Source: an uncultured Bacilli bacterium
GTDB lineage: Bacteria > Bacillota_I > Bacilli_A > RFN20 > CAG-826
Length of the DNA: 64,000 nucleotides
NCBI GenBank assembly: GCA_944363565.1
Contig: CALVUI010000001.1
Coordinates: 337,676-401,675, forward strand
Reading direction: 5' to 3'
Below the pieces are notes generated by a model. It made no database searches, had not been told where the DNA came from, and saw only the letters and a program-made list of their open reading frames with translations. Positions within the stretch are counted from its first letter, which is position 1, and every line of letters begins with the position of its first letter. Made by a program: the position numbers and the translations under genes. Positions 46,283-56,221 of the stretch are shown piece after piece.

Positions 46283-48841
46283 TTATAGGCTTACGAGTTT
46301 CTTCTCGATCTCGGAGAGCATGGCCTCATGTTCGGCCAGCTTCTTTTGCTCGAGTTCGATCTTCTCCTTCGGAGCCTTGGCCAAGAAGCCTTGGCTTTGG
46401 AGCATGCGCTTGGCCCTCTCGATTTCGCTGAGGTGGAAGGCCTTGGACTTTTCGAGTTCCTCCTTGGCCTTCTTGGGATCGACGGTCCGCTTGAGGGCGA
46501 CCGCGAAGCCCGGGTAACGGAGGGCTCCTTCGGGCTCTTCGCTCGTGATTTCGATCTTCTCGGCGAAGAGGAAGCGGGACAATAAAGCTCCGGCCTCTTC
46601 AAATGGCAAGGCCGGATAGACGGCCAGGACCGACTTCTCCCCGGGGGCGATCCCTTCCTCGGCCTTGAGGTTCCTTAGGTCCTTCAGCATCTTTTCGTAG
46701 ATGCCATAGAGGCGGTCGGACTCCTCGTCCCCCAGTCCCGTTTTCTCCGGGAAGGACTCGAGCATCACCGATTCGAGATGTCCCGGGAGCGAGAGATAGA
46801 CTTCCTCGGCGAAGAAGGGGGCGAAGGGATAGATGAGGAGGACGATGGCCTTGATGACGGTATAGAGGACGTCGCGGGTCGCCTTCGAGGTTTCGAGGCT
46901 GACCTTGCTGGCCTCCAGGTAAGAGGAGCAGAAGTCGTCGTAGACGAAGTCGTAGAGTTTGGTCGAGGCGGCCCCGAATTCGTAATTGGCCAGGAAACCG
47001 TCGACCTTCCTGATGGTCTCGTCGAGGCGGTGGAGGATGGCCTTGTCGACCACGGTCAAGTCCTTGGAATCGATGGCCGAGGGGACATAGTCCTCCCCCA
47101 AAGCCATCTCGACGTAACGGGCCGCGTTCCAGATCTTGTTGAGGTAGTTGGCGGCACTGTTGACCTTTTCCTCGCTATAGCGCATGTCTTGCCCCGGGGT
47201 CGAATTGGTGGAGATGAAGTAACGCAAAGCGTCGGTCCCGTACTTTTCGATGACGTCGAGGGGATCGATGCCGTTGCCTAAGGACTTGCTCATCTTCCGT
47301 CCCTGCTCATCGCGGATGAGGCCGTGGATGACACAGTCATGGAAGGGGGCCTTGTCGGTGAAGTGGAGGGCCTGGAAGACCATGCGCGAGACCCAGAAGA
47401 AGATGATGTCGTAGCCGGTGACCAAAACCGAGGTCGGGTAGTAACGCTTAAAGTCCGGATTATCGGTATCGGGCCAGCCCAAGGTCCCGAAGGGCCATAG
47501 GCCGCTGCTGAACCAGGTGTCGAGGACGTCTTCGTCCTGGACGTAGTCGGGTCCGGGGTTTTCTTCGCTGACCACCACTTCCCCGGTGTCCTTATGGTAA
47601 TAGGCCGGGATCCGGTGACCCCACCACAGTTGACGGGAAATGCACCAGTCGTCGACGTTTTCCATCCATTGCTCGAGGACCTTGGCAAAGCGGGAGGGAT
47701 AGAAGTTGACGGCCCCTTCGCCCTTTTGGTTTTCCAAAACCTTCTCGGCCAAAGGCTTCATCTTCACGAACCACTGCTTGCTGACCATCGGTTCGACGAT
47801 GGAGCCGCTTCTTTCGCTATGGGGGGCGCTATGGACCATCTTCTCGATTTTCAAAAGATGCCCGGTCTTCTTGATGTCTTCGACCAGGGCCTTGCGGCAT
47901 TCGAAGCGGTCCATGCCCTGGTACTTCCCGCCTAGAGCCGTGATTTTCGCACTTTCGTCGAGGGCCCTTAAAAGCGGGAAGCCGTACTTCTTGGCAAGGG
48001 CGAAGTCGTTGGGGTCATGGGCCGGCGTGCACTTCATGGCCCCGGTCCCGAAGCCGACGTCGACATAGGGGTCGGCCATGAGGGGGATTTCTTCCCCGTT
48101 GGCGGGATTGACGACCTTCTTGCCGACCAGTCCTTCATAGCGTTCGTCCTTGGGATTGACGAAGACGGCGGTGTCCCCGAACATCGTCTCCGGACGGGTG
48201 GTGGCGACGACGATCTGCCTATCTTCGCCCACCACGTCGTAAAGGAAATAGAAGAAGTCACAGGGCTCTTCCTTGTGTTCGACTTCGATGTTGCTTAGAG
48301 CGGTCCTTAGTTCCGGATCCCAGTTGATGATCCTTTCCCCACGGTAAATGAGGCCTTCGTTATAGAGGGTGACGAAGACCTTCTTGACGGCCTTCTGCAT
48401 CCCCTCGTCGAGGGTGAAGCGTTCACGCGTATAGTCGACGCTGAGGCCGAGTTTGGCCCACTGCTGGTGTATGATGGAGGCATATTCCTCCTTCCAGCTA
48501 TAGGCGACCTCGAGGAACTTCTCCCTCCCGAGGTCATAACGGCTGACCCCTTCTTTCCTGAGCTTTTCCTCGACCTTGGCCTGGGTGGCGATCCCGGCGT
48601 GGTCGCAACCGGGGACCCAAAGGACGTCATAGCCCTTCATCTTCTTGTAACGGACGATGATGTCGTCGGGGATGGTGTCCATGACGTGGCCGAGGTGGAG
48701 TTTCCCGGTCACGTTTGGAGGAGGTATGACGAGGCTATAGGCCGGTTTGCTCTTGTCCCCGGCCTTGAAATAACCTTTTTGGACCCAGTTCTCGTATTTT
48801 CCTTCTTCGACCTGGTGGTGGTCGTAACGCTTTTCCAACAT
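46283..48841 (-). CDS. valS: Valine--tRNA ligase
   Basis: Start at MLEKRYDHHQVE. HIGH as PNVTGKLHLGHV, KMSKS, C-terminal coiled coil. Confidence 0.9.
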   Translation of the reverse strand: MLEKRYDHHQVEEGKYENWVQKGYFKAGDKSKPAYSLVIPPPNVTGKLHLGHVMDTIPDDIIVRYKKMKGYDVLWVPGCDHAGIATQAKVEEKLRKEGVSRYDLGREKFLEVAYSWKEEYASIIHQQWAKLGLSVDYTRERFTLDEGMQKAVKKVFVTLYNEGLIYRGERIINWDPELRTALSNIEVEHKEEPCDFFYFLYDVVGEDRQIVVATTRPETMFGDTAVFVNPKDERYEGLVGKKVVNPANGEEIPLMADPYVDVGFGTGAMKCTPAHDPNDFALAKKYGFPLLRALDESAKITALGGKYQGMDRFECRKALVEDIKKTGHLLKIEKMVHSAPHSERSGSIVEPMVSKQWFVKMKPLAEKVLENQKGEGAVNFYPSRFAKVLEQWMENVDDWCISRQLWWGHRIPAYYHKDTGEVVVSEENPGPDYVQDEDVLDTWFSSGLWPFGTLGWPDTDNPDFKRYYPTSVLVTGYDIIFFWVSRMVFQALHFTDKAPFHDCVIHGLIRDEQGRKMSKSLGNGIDPLDVIEKYGTDALRYFISTNSTPGQDMRYSEEKVNSAANYLNKIWNAARYVEMALGEDYVPSAIDSKDLTVVDKAILHRLDETIRKVDGFLANYEFGAASTKLYDFVYDDFCSSYLEASKVSLETSKATRDVLYTVIKAIVLLIYPFAPFFAEEVYLSLPGHLESVMLESFPEKTGLGDEESDRLYGIYEKMLKDLRNLKAEEGIAPGEKSVLAVYPALPFEEAGALLSRFLFAEKIEITSEEPEGALRYPGFAVALKRTVDPKKAKEELEKSKAFHLSEIERAKRMLQSQGFLAKAPKEKIELEQKKLAEHEAMLSEIEKKLVSL

Positions 48842-49040
48842 GCAAAAAGCCTCCAAGTGCCTCTTCCGGGACGCTGGCGGCGCGGTACCACCCGGATTCC
48901 CCACCTGGGGGCTCTTATTGATTTTTGATTGGTCTCGGGGGGCGACTCGAAGGTCCGGCGGCCCCGCTTCCACTATCCGGGACTCCCTAAACGCCGGAGG
49001 GCCTTTTCCCTCCCCCGTCTTTGACGGGGAATATTATAGG
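48842..49040 (-). ncRNA. T-box riboswitch leader of valS
   Basis: Minus-strand AAUCCGGGUGGUACCGCG (rc of + 48881-48893) ~50 nt before the start. -10 TATAAT at 49038..49033. GUC codons in the stem I region. Confidence 0.7.
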
Positions 49041-49044
49041 ACCT

Positions 49045-50163
49045 TTACCTATTGTAGGCGAGAAGGCAAATCTCCTTTTCCTCCTTGCTATTTCCGGCGT
49101 GGTGGCCCTTGAGGACCCTGAGATCCGGTCCGAAGGTCGAATCGATGAGAAGATCATGCCCTTTGGCGATGGCGATGTAGTCCCCAAGGAAAGACAGGGC
49201 CCTTGGATGGGGTTCCCCTTCCCCGAAGTAGCCGCGATCGAAGAGTTCCTTGGAATCGACGAGGTAGAAGGCGTCCCCGAAATAGTCTTCGAAGAGTTTG
49301 GCGAATTCTTCCTTCTTCCCTTCTTGGACGTAGAGGGCCCTGGTCCGTCCCTCGAGGCTTAAGGGTCTTCTTAATAAGGAGTGAAGGGCGGGATAGGCCG
49401 CGATGTCGCGGTAACCGACTTCGAGGAGGCCATGGTCGGCCAGAACCAAAAAGAGGACGTCGGGATGTTTCCTCGCGGCCTTCTCGACGAAGGACAAGGC
49501 CTTATCGATCTGCCGCTTGACCCGCCGGTCCTTGGGTCCGTAATGATGGGCCGAAGAATCGGGTTGTTCGTAATAAAGGTAAAGGAAGCCATCCCCTCCT
49601 TCATAAAATTCATCGAGGGTCTTCCCCATTCCTTTAAGATCGGTGTAACTCCCCTTTTCGATGGGATCGGGGAAGGCAAGGCGGGTGCGGAAACCGGCTT
49701 TTGCGAGTAACTGATCGAGAGTCACCAAAGGGGCCACTTCGCGCATGATGGATTTTTCCCCGAGATACGTCCCGTCTTTGCTAAGACGGTTTGGAAAAAC
49801 ATCGACGGGGCCGCCGTATTCGGGAAGATCGATGCTCCAGCCCAGCCACCCGGTTTCCCTGGGGAAGCGGCCGGTCAGAAAAGAAATGGTGGCTGCGGCC
49901 GTGGTGGCGGGATTGACGGATTGGATGTGGGCCAAGGTATGGTTTTCCATGGCCTTACGGCCTTTGGCGGTTTCCTTTAATAAGGCCTCTCCCATCCCGT
50001 CGAAGAGGACCGCGCAGACCCTCTTCCTATTTTTTAGGACCGCGGTCACTTCCTTGATGTCGTTATGGAACGTCTTTGCCCCGAAGGCCAGGAGGATGCT
50101 ATTGGCAAGATTGGCGAGGGAGTTTTGGTTATCGATGGCGTTAATGAGGGGTTCCGGAATCAT
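49045..50163 (-). CDS. Alkaline-phosphatase-superfamily metalloenzyme (nucleotide pyrophosphatase/phosphodiesterase-like)
   Basis: 372 aa. LFDGMG and LVLADHGL metal-ligand-like motifs. Confidence 0.5.
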   Translation of the reverse strand: MIPEPLINAIDNQNSLANLANSILLAFGAKTFHNDIKEVTAVLKNRKRVCAVLFDGMGEALLKETAKGRKAMENHTLAHIQSVNPATTAAATISFLTGRFPRETGWLGWSIDLPEYGGPVDVFPNRLSKDGTYLGEKSIMREVAPLVTLDQLLAKAGFRTRLAFPDPIEKGSYTDLKGMGKTLDEFYEGGDGFLYLYYEQPDSSAHHYGPKDRRVKRQIDKALSFVEKAARKHPDVLFLVLADHGLLEVGYRDIAAYPALHSLLRRPLSLEGRTRALYVQEGKKEEFAKLFEDYFGDAFYLVDSKELFDRGYFGEGEPHPRALSFLGDYIAIAKGHDLLIDSTFGPDLRVLKGHHAGNSKEEKEICLLAYNR

Positions 50164-50193
50164 AGCCGGTTATTATAGCCGCCTTGGAAGCGC

Positions 50194-53100
50194 TTACAAG
50201 ATATTTAGGATGGCTTCGCCAGTTTGGACCAGACCCAGGAAATAATCGGCCCAGTATCCGATTTCCTCTTCGGTGATAAGGCCCTTTTCGACCCCGATCT
50301 TGAAGTGCTTCGCCCCTATGGAGTCGAAGAAATGTTGGGGACGGACCTTTGCGAGGTCCCCGTATCGGTAAAGGCCGTACTTGGCGATGTTTTCTTTGAC
50401 CGACGCCGGATCGTAGGAAAGATCCTCCCGGTAGTCGAAGAAATTCGATAGGCCGGGGTCGGAGAAAGGCGGGGTGATGCTAAGGAAAGTCTCGGCGATG
50501 GCGTTGATGACCCCGTAGCTGGCGATCGAATAGGAATGACCGTGGTATCTCATCAGCGAATAGGAAAGGAGGACTCCTTCCCCTAGCCTCCCCTCCTCGT
50601 CGAAGTTGGCGAAGCGGTGGCCTAGTAGGCTACCTACACTCGCCGGCGAAACATCGACATAGGCCCTGCTTTCCAAATCGAAGAGGCCGTGGCGGGTCAA
50701 GAAGGAAAGGGCTTTGCCGTTGGAGAAGGACAGTTCGATCAAGACCTGTTCGCCCTCATTGTGTTTGGCCAGCATCAAAAGGGGCATAGCCTGGAGTTTT
50801 CCCGAAAAATGGTCGAAGGCCATAATCTTTTCCTCGATCTTGATGTCCTTGACTTCTTTGTAGGTCCCATCGGACATTAAAATCCTCGTATTGGGCAAAA
50901 AACAGATAGTAAAGTCGCCTTTGTGACTGGCCGTAAAAACAGTCCTAACCGTCGACCCGTCGGCATTGGTCAAAGTACAGGTGATACTGACCTGGTCGGA
51001 ATCGTCACCGGTAACGTAGCTGGCATCGGGATTGATTGTTTTGTATTCGTCTATGGTAGGAAAATGAACCGTGACTTCGTCAACCCCTTCGACCGTGGTC
51101 AGTCTTTCGCCGTTGGGCCCGACATACCACCGACGGTAATTGGAAAAGTTGCCACCGCTTCCGTCGTCCCACTTTATTTGGATGTAGGAAGACCCTTCCG
51201 GAAGCATGTCGGTAATGGCAAAGGACACGGTGTCGCCGTTTTCGTACAACCCGTTGTAATTGAAGTTTGAGCTACCGTTATAGTCGCTTCCCGCTACCGC
51301 GTCCGAACGCTTAGACGGATCCTCTTTCTGATATATGACGAAACTTTCTACGGGGATTTGCTTTACTTCTTCGATTACCTCGGTTTGATATTCACCTATC
51401 TTCCCGCCGCATTCGGCATAGATGGTGACCGGGCCCAAGGCGACCCCCGTAACCTGTCCTTTTTGGTCAACTGTCGCGATCGAAGGATCGGAAGTGGACC
51501 ACTTTATTTCTTTGTCGTAAGCCGTCGTGGCATCGATGACTTCGGCCTTTAAGACGATCATGGATCCGGGATAAAGGGGATCCCTCCCATCGCTCAAGGG
51601 CGGAGTTGCCGCCTTGATGTCGACCCTTTGGACCTCGAATTGGTTGATGGGTCTCCCATCTTCCCCGAGAACGGGCTGGCCGTCTTCCCCGATGAGCTCC
51701 GAACTGACCTCCGTCGCGGAATTGACGACCCCGAGGGTCGGCTCCTCCGGATTGTAGGTAACCTCGGATTCCATTTCGTAGAACTCATCGGCCCCATAGA
51801 CCTTGTAGATGTCGTTCTTGAAATCGAGGCGATAGGTCTTCAAATCATCGAAGAAATAGACATTTTGTTTTCCTTCGACCGTCGTATAGGGTTCCTGGCT
51901 CCCATTGATATAGATGTCGAAGATCGGGGTATAGGTTTCATAGCGATAAAAGGTGTTGACTCCGATATAGAGTCTTTGCCGCGAAAGGCAGCTCAAAGGA
52001 ACGACCTGGGTATTCTCTTTGATCACGACGTATTCATTGACAACCTGGGGTTGGGTAACGGGTCCGTTTCCGGTACTCCAGGGTTCATAGCTTACGGGAA
52101 CCTCGGTCGTTGCGGGTTGGACCGAACGGCGGCTAGGAAGGATCGACGGCGTCGAGGTATTGCCATCATAGACGGTACCGGCAAAGGATTGGGGTTGGAA
52201 AGTGGCCCCGGGCTGGACCTTGAAATCAGCACCCGGCAGCAGGGGATATTTCTTACTCGAATAAGCATTCGATGAATATTGACCATTACCCAGCGAACCG
52301 TCGTAGAAGGTACTGTAGACGATGGTCGGCCCCGATGTCATGGTGACGCCGGAATTGATGGTCACCGCGCTTCCCGGAAGAATCTTGAAACGTTGGACCC
52401 CGAAATCGACGTTTGAGGTCCCAGAAGAAGCCGGGAAGAACTCGACCTTGTGGCGATAGGAAACCGGAAAAAAGACGTCGGCCATATCGATGGTGATACT
52501 GAATGACTCGATCGAGAACGTGACTTTCGGAGGGTTGAATACCAAATTGCCGTGAAAGGAAATATCCGCGCAATCATCGGCCCGATGGTAATGATATTCG
52601 ACATAGGAATTTTCATCGGGAAGCTGAAAGACGGCCCCGTTCGATGGACCGATCAAAAGCATGGACTGGTGGCTGGAATCCCTGAAGCCTTGGAAGTCGA
52701 TCCAGGCATTGATGCAACCGTAAACGGAAGCCGCATTGGAAACGCGGAGGCTCGCCGCGACATTTGGGAAACCAAATTGGTTGAAAGGGGAAGAATGTTT
52801 CCCCTGAATTGCCCCGCCCGAGCCGGTCATGGCATGGGAAAAGGAAATGCCCCGGAAGTCATAGACCACGAAAGGAACATAAAGCTCCCCATTGTTGAGG
52901 AAAAATGACGTGTTTCCGCTTTCGCTGATATGGCCGAAGACATAGCTTTTGGCCTCGGCGCCGTCTTGGACGATCGAGGCTCCTTCGTCCAAAAGAATCT
53001 CCGCATAGGACCGGGAGGTCTGACCGATCGTGGAGACCCCGGCGGTACCGCCGGACAGTCCCCCTGAAACAACGATAGTCCCCTCGTTCGTCAGGGTCAC

Positions 53101-53610
53101 CCCTTCGTCGATGATCAATTGGACCCGCCGATAACGGCTTGGACTGGAAATCGCGTGCCCGGTTTGGTTGGTGGTATCGGTATGCTCATCATTCTGCATT
53201 GAGGTGATGTAACTAGCCAAGCCGTTCGCTTTGATGGTGTCGACCGAGGCTTGGTCGGTCGGCAAAACCAGACTGACCCCTTTTTTGATCACTGCGATTC
53301 TATCTAAATGGTAGGTGACGGAGTCGGTTGCCTTCTGATTGGAATTGCTGTAATTGGGAAGCTTCGGGGGGACGAGGACGACGACGTCGCCCGACACGGC
53401 GGCATCCAAGGCATCGGCCACGCTGGTATAGAGGGTTCCGGGTTTATTGAGGATAAAAGCCTCGGGTTTCTTTTCCTCCGTGGTCTTCAAGGGGTTGCCA
53501 TATTCCTTCGAGGTCTCCCAGGAAACCAAATAGGCGGCATAGCCAAGCCCGCTCAAAAGGGCGACGCTTTCGGTCAAAACCAAAATCGGGACCCGGCTTT
53601 TCTTAACCAT
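50194..53610 (-). CDS. Giant membrane-anchored surface protein with a Big_2 Ig-like domain and a C-terminal Hint (intein/hedgehog-type) domain plus a ~130 aa tail
   Basis: N-terminal transmembrane anchor PILVLTESVALLSGLGYAAYLV. Big_2-like TSDPSIATVDQKGQVTGVALGPVTIYA. Hint start CFLPNTRILMSDGTYKEVKDIKIEEKIMAFD. Confidence 0.6.
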   Translation of the reverse strand: MVKKSRVPILVLTESVALLSGLGYAAYLVSWETSKEYGNPLKTTEEKKPEAFILNKPGTLYTSVADALDAAVSGDVVVLVPPKLPNYSNSNQKATDSVTYHLDRIAVIKKGVSLVLPTDQASVDTIKANGLASYITSMQNDEHTDTTNQTGHAISSPSRYRRVQLIIDEGVTLTNEGTIVVSGGLSGGTAGVSTIGQTSRSYAEILLDEGASIVQDGAEAKSYVFGHISESGNTSFFLNNGELYVPFVVYDFRGISFSHAMTGSGGAIQGKHSSPFNQFGFPNVAASLRVSNAASVYGCINAWIDFQGFRDSSHQSMLLIGPSNGAVFQLPDENSYVEYHYHRADDCADISFHGNLVFNPPKVTFSIESFSITIDMADVFFPVSYRHKVEFFPASSGTSNVDFGVQRFKILPGSAVTINSGVTMTSGPTIVYSTFYDGSLGNGQYSSNAYSSKKYPLLPGADFKVQPGATFQPQSFAGTVYDGNTSTPSILPSRRSVQPATTEVPVSYEPWSTGNGPVTQPQVVNEYVVIKENTQVVPLSCLSRQRLYIGVNTFYRYETYTPIFDIYINGSQEPYTTVEGKQNVYFFDDLKTYRLDFKNDIYKVYGADEFYEMESEVTYNPEEPTLGVVNSATEVSSELIGEDGQPVLGEDGRPINQFEVQRVDIKAATPPLSDGRDPLYPGSMIVLKAEVIDATTAYDKEIKWSTSDPSIATVDQKGQVTGVALGPVTIYAECGGKIGEYQTEVIEEVKQIPVESFVIYQKEDPSKRSDAVAGSDYNGSSNFNYNGLYENGDTVSFAITDMLPEGSSYIQIKWDDGSGGNFSNYRRWYVGPNGERLTTVEGVDEVTVHFPTIDEYKTINPDASYVTGDDSDQVSITCTLTNADGSTVRTVFTASHKGDFTICFLPNTRILMSDGTYKEVKDIKIEEKIMAFDHFSGKLQAMPLLMLAKHNEGEQVLIELSFSNGKALSFLTRHGLFDLESRAYVDVSPASVGSLLGHRFANFDEEGRLGEGVLLSYSLMRYHGHSYSIASYGVINAIAETFLSITPPFSDPGLSNFFDYREDLSYDPASVKENIAKYGLYRYGDLAKVRPQHFFDSIGAKHFKIGVEKGLITEEEIGYWADYFLGLVQTGEAILNIL

Positions 53611-54273
53611 GGACGATCTCCAAAGAAACGGTCAAAGGCCCGGCATCCCGTAATTTGGCGAAGATGTTGTTTTCGAAATCGATGCCCGGGTTCCCGAAAT
53701 CATAGGCGAAGGCGATGCTGAAATAGAGATATTCTTCCCGTAAAAGTCCGGTATCGTTGGTCGTTAGGGTCCACTTCCCCGTGGCCCCGTCTCTGGTGGA
53801 GGTTTGCTCCCGCGAAGTCGGGAATCCCATCGAGTCGTAGCCATATGCCAGATCGTTCAAAACATAGGAGGGATTCACCAAGGGATTGCCGGCATCCTTC
53901 GCCGAGAGGCCGACATTGAGGGCCAAAGGCTTTTCGTAATTGAGGGCCTCGCCGACCGCCCCTTCCATCTCGACCCGGAAATCAATGCTGATCTCGCCCC
54001 TGGCGACGATGATGTCCGCGGCTAGGCCGAGGCTATTTTCGAAAGAGGAAACGATACCGGCCGCGCAGAAGGAAAAGCCCAGGGGTTCCTGGAATTCAAT
54101 GAAATGGTCGGCACTGATCAGAAGACCGACGTCGAGGACAACCGGATCGGCCTCCGAGGGGCCGCTACGGATGACGAAGGACGAAAAGCCGGTCCCGAGC
54201 AGACCGATCGCCGAAGATAGTAGTAATAAACCCCCCCCGAACGAACGCGGGAGACCGCCTCATCCTTCTCATG
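53603..54273 (-). pseudogene. Secreted protein whose signal-peptide region is frameshifted at a G8 tract (C8 at + 54232-54239). Phase-variable candidate, co-operonic with the giant Hint protein
   Basis: ATG at 54273 gives MRRMRRSPAFVRGG. After the G-run the other frame continues LLLLSSAIGLLGTGFSSFVIRSGPSEA... and is open into the track ORF 53603..53968. G7 would fuse the two frames. Confidence 0.5.
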
Positions 54274-54355
54274 GGGCGATTATAGACAGCATGCCCATGA
54301 GAATAAACCCTTGGGTGTGGCTAGGCTCCTGGCAAGAGGTTGCCCGAAGTGGCGA

Positions 54356-55594
54356 TTAGTAGGAAAGATCGGAGATTTTCCGCCATCCGGCGGCGATTTG
54401 CAGGGCTTTTTTTCTTAACAATTCCAGGTCCCCGCCCCTTAGACCATCGTCGATGAGGGCGGCTATTTCCCTGGCTTCTTCCTTCGTGCAGCCACGGCTG
54501 GTAGCGGCCGCAAAGCCGAGCCGGAGGCCAGAACAGAGGGCCGGCGGCAAGGTATCGCCATGGAGCATGTTCTTGTTGGTGGTGATACCGATCTCTTCGA
54601 GCCGCTTCTGCGCGGTTTTCCCATCGATCCCGTAGGTTTGGTAGACATTTAGAAGGAACAAATGGTTCTCGGTATCGGAGACCAGGGCCTTTCTTTCGTA
54701 AAGGACATCGCGGGCCGCCTTGGTATTGTCGATCACCTTTTTGGCGTAGTCCTTGAACTCCGGCTTCAGGGCTTCCTTGAAAGCCACGGCCTTGGCCCCG
54801 ATGACGTGGAGCAAGGGTCCCCCTTGGGTATAGGGAAAGACGGCTGAGTCGAGGCGCTTGGCTAGGGAGGCATCGCGTGAAAGAATGAGGCCGCCGCGCG
54901 GACCCCGGAGGGTCTTGTGGGTGGTCGAGGTCACGACGTCGGCGTAAGGCACCGGCGAAGGATGGAGGCCGGCGGCCACCAGGCCCGCGATATGGGCCAT
55001 GTCGACCATCAGGTAGACCTTCTTCCCCTCGTGCCGTTTCTCGTAATCGTCGACGATTTCCCTTAGCTTTTCGAAATCGATGACGTAGGGATAAGCCGAG
55101 TAACCGGAAAGCAGGATATCGGGGTCTTCTTCCTCGAGGCGTCTCGCGATTTCTTCATAATCCAAACGCCCGTCCTTCCCGAGACCATAATGGACGAAGG
55201 TATACAAATGGCTGGAAAAGCTGACGGGAGACCCGTGGGTCAGATGGCCCCCGTCGTTGAGGTCAAGTGAGAGGACCTTCCCGCCTTTTGGGAGCAAGGC
55301 ATGGTAGGCCGCGAAGTTGGCCTGGGAGCCGCTGTGGGGCTGGACGTTGGCGTAAGCCGCCCCGAAGAGTTCCTTGGCCCTATCGATGGCGGCCCGTTCG
55401 ACCTCGTCGACGATCTCGCAACCCCCGTAGTAACGGCGGCCCGGATAACCCTCGGCGTATTTGGCGGTCAAAATGCTCCCCTGGACCGCCCTCACGTCCT
55501 TAGAAGGATAGTTTTCCGAGGCGATCAGTTCGATCCCCTCGTCCTGTCTTTTCTCTTCTTCTACAATCAATTCTTCAATCAAGGCATCGGACAT
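54356..55594 (-). CDS. glyA: Serine hydroxymethyltransferase
   Basis: ELIASENY, PLP-lysine region TTHKTLRGPRGG. Confidence 0.9.
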   Translation of the reverse strand: MSDALIEELIVEEEKRQDEGIELIASENYPSKDVRAVQGSILTAKYAEGYPGRRYYGGCEIVDEVERAAIDRAKELFGAAYANVQPHSGSQANFAAYHALLPKGGKVLSLDLNDGGHLTHGSPVSFSSHLYTFVHYGLGKDGRLDYEEIARRLEEEDPDILLSGYSAYPYVIDFEKLREIVDDYEKRHEGKKVYLMVDMAHIAGLVAAGLHPSPVPYADVVTSTTHKTLRGPRGGLILSRDASLAKRLDSAVFPYTQGGPLLHVIGAKAVAFKEALKPEFKDYAKKVIDNTKAARDVLYERKALVSDTENHLFLLNVYQTYGIDGKTAQKRLEEIGITTNKNMLHGDTLPPALCSGLRLGFAAATSRGCTKEEAREIAALIDDGLRGGDLELLRKKALQIAAGWRKISDLSY

Positions 55595-56156
55595 CTTTGA
55601 TCCTCCTCGCGATATAGCCGCGGATTTCGTTGACGCTCCTACCGTCGGCGTAGGAAAAAAGGACGTCGGTATCGTCCAGGGCGGCGACTTCCTTCTTGAG
55701 GGCGGCCATCTCGCTTTGCTTCAGGGTATCGGCCTTGGTGAAGACAATCGCGTGGCCCATCTTTTCTTCCTTCAAAAGGCCGATCAGCTCCCTTTCCTCG
55801 TCTTTCAAGCCGCGCCTACTATCGACCAAGAGAAGGGCCATCCCCTTGCGGTTGCTTTTGAAATACCCCTCCATCATATCCGAGAAGGAGTCGTCGAGCC
55901 GATGGCCATACGAGGTATACCCGTACCCCGGCGAGTCGACGAGGTAAAAGGAAGAGTCGACCAAGAAGTAATTGAGGAAGACCGTCTTCCCGGCCTTCTT
56001 CGAGGAATGGGCCAACTTCTGGTTTGTTAAGGCGTTGATGAGGCTCGACTTCCCGACGTTGCTACGGCCCATCAAAAGGACTTCCCTTTTCCTGGGGTAA
56101 GGGGCATCCCCGACCGTGGGGGCGCTTTTGACGAAGACCGTCTTTTGGAAATCCAT
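55575..56156 (-). CDS. engB: Ribosome biogenesis GTPase EngB/YihA/YsxC
   Basis: GRSNVGKSSLINAL, DSPGYG. Start taken at MDFQK. Confidence 0.8.
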   Translation of the reverse strand: MDFQKTVFVKSAPTVGDAPYPRKREVLLMGRSNVGKSSLINALTNQKLAHSSKKAGKTVFLNYFLVDSSFYLVDSPGYGYTSYGHRLDDSFSDMMEGYFKSNRKGMALLLVDSRRGLKDEERELIGLLKEEKMGHAIVFTKADTLKQSEMAALKKEVAALDDTDVLFSYADGRSVNEIRGYIARRIKDVRCLD

Positions 56157-56221
56157 GGGCCTATTATATCGGCTCAAAGGAAGTACAAGAAAGGAAAACC
56201 CCCGCTTGCGCGGGGGTTGGC

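Noticed and set aside
50164-50193. Immunity-protein gene downstream of the Hint-domain protein
   Set aside because: The only downstream gene is a 372 aa AlkP-family enzyme after a 30 nt gap. No small ORF fits a toxin/immunity pair
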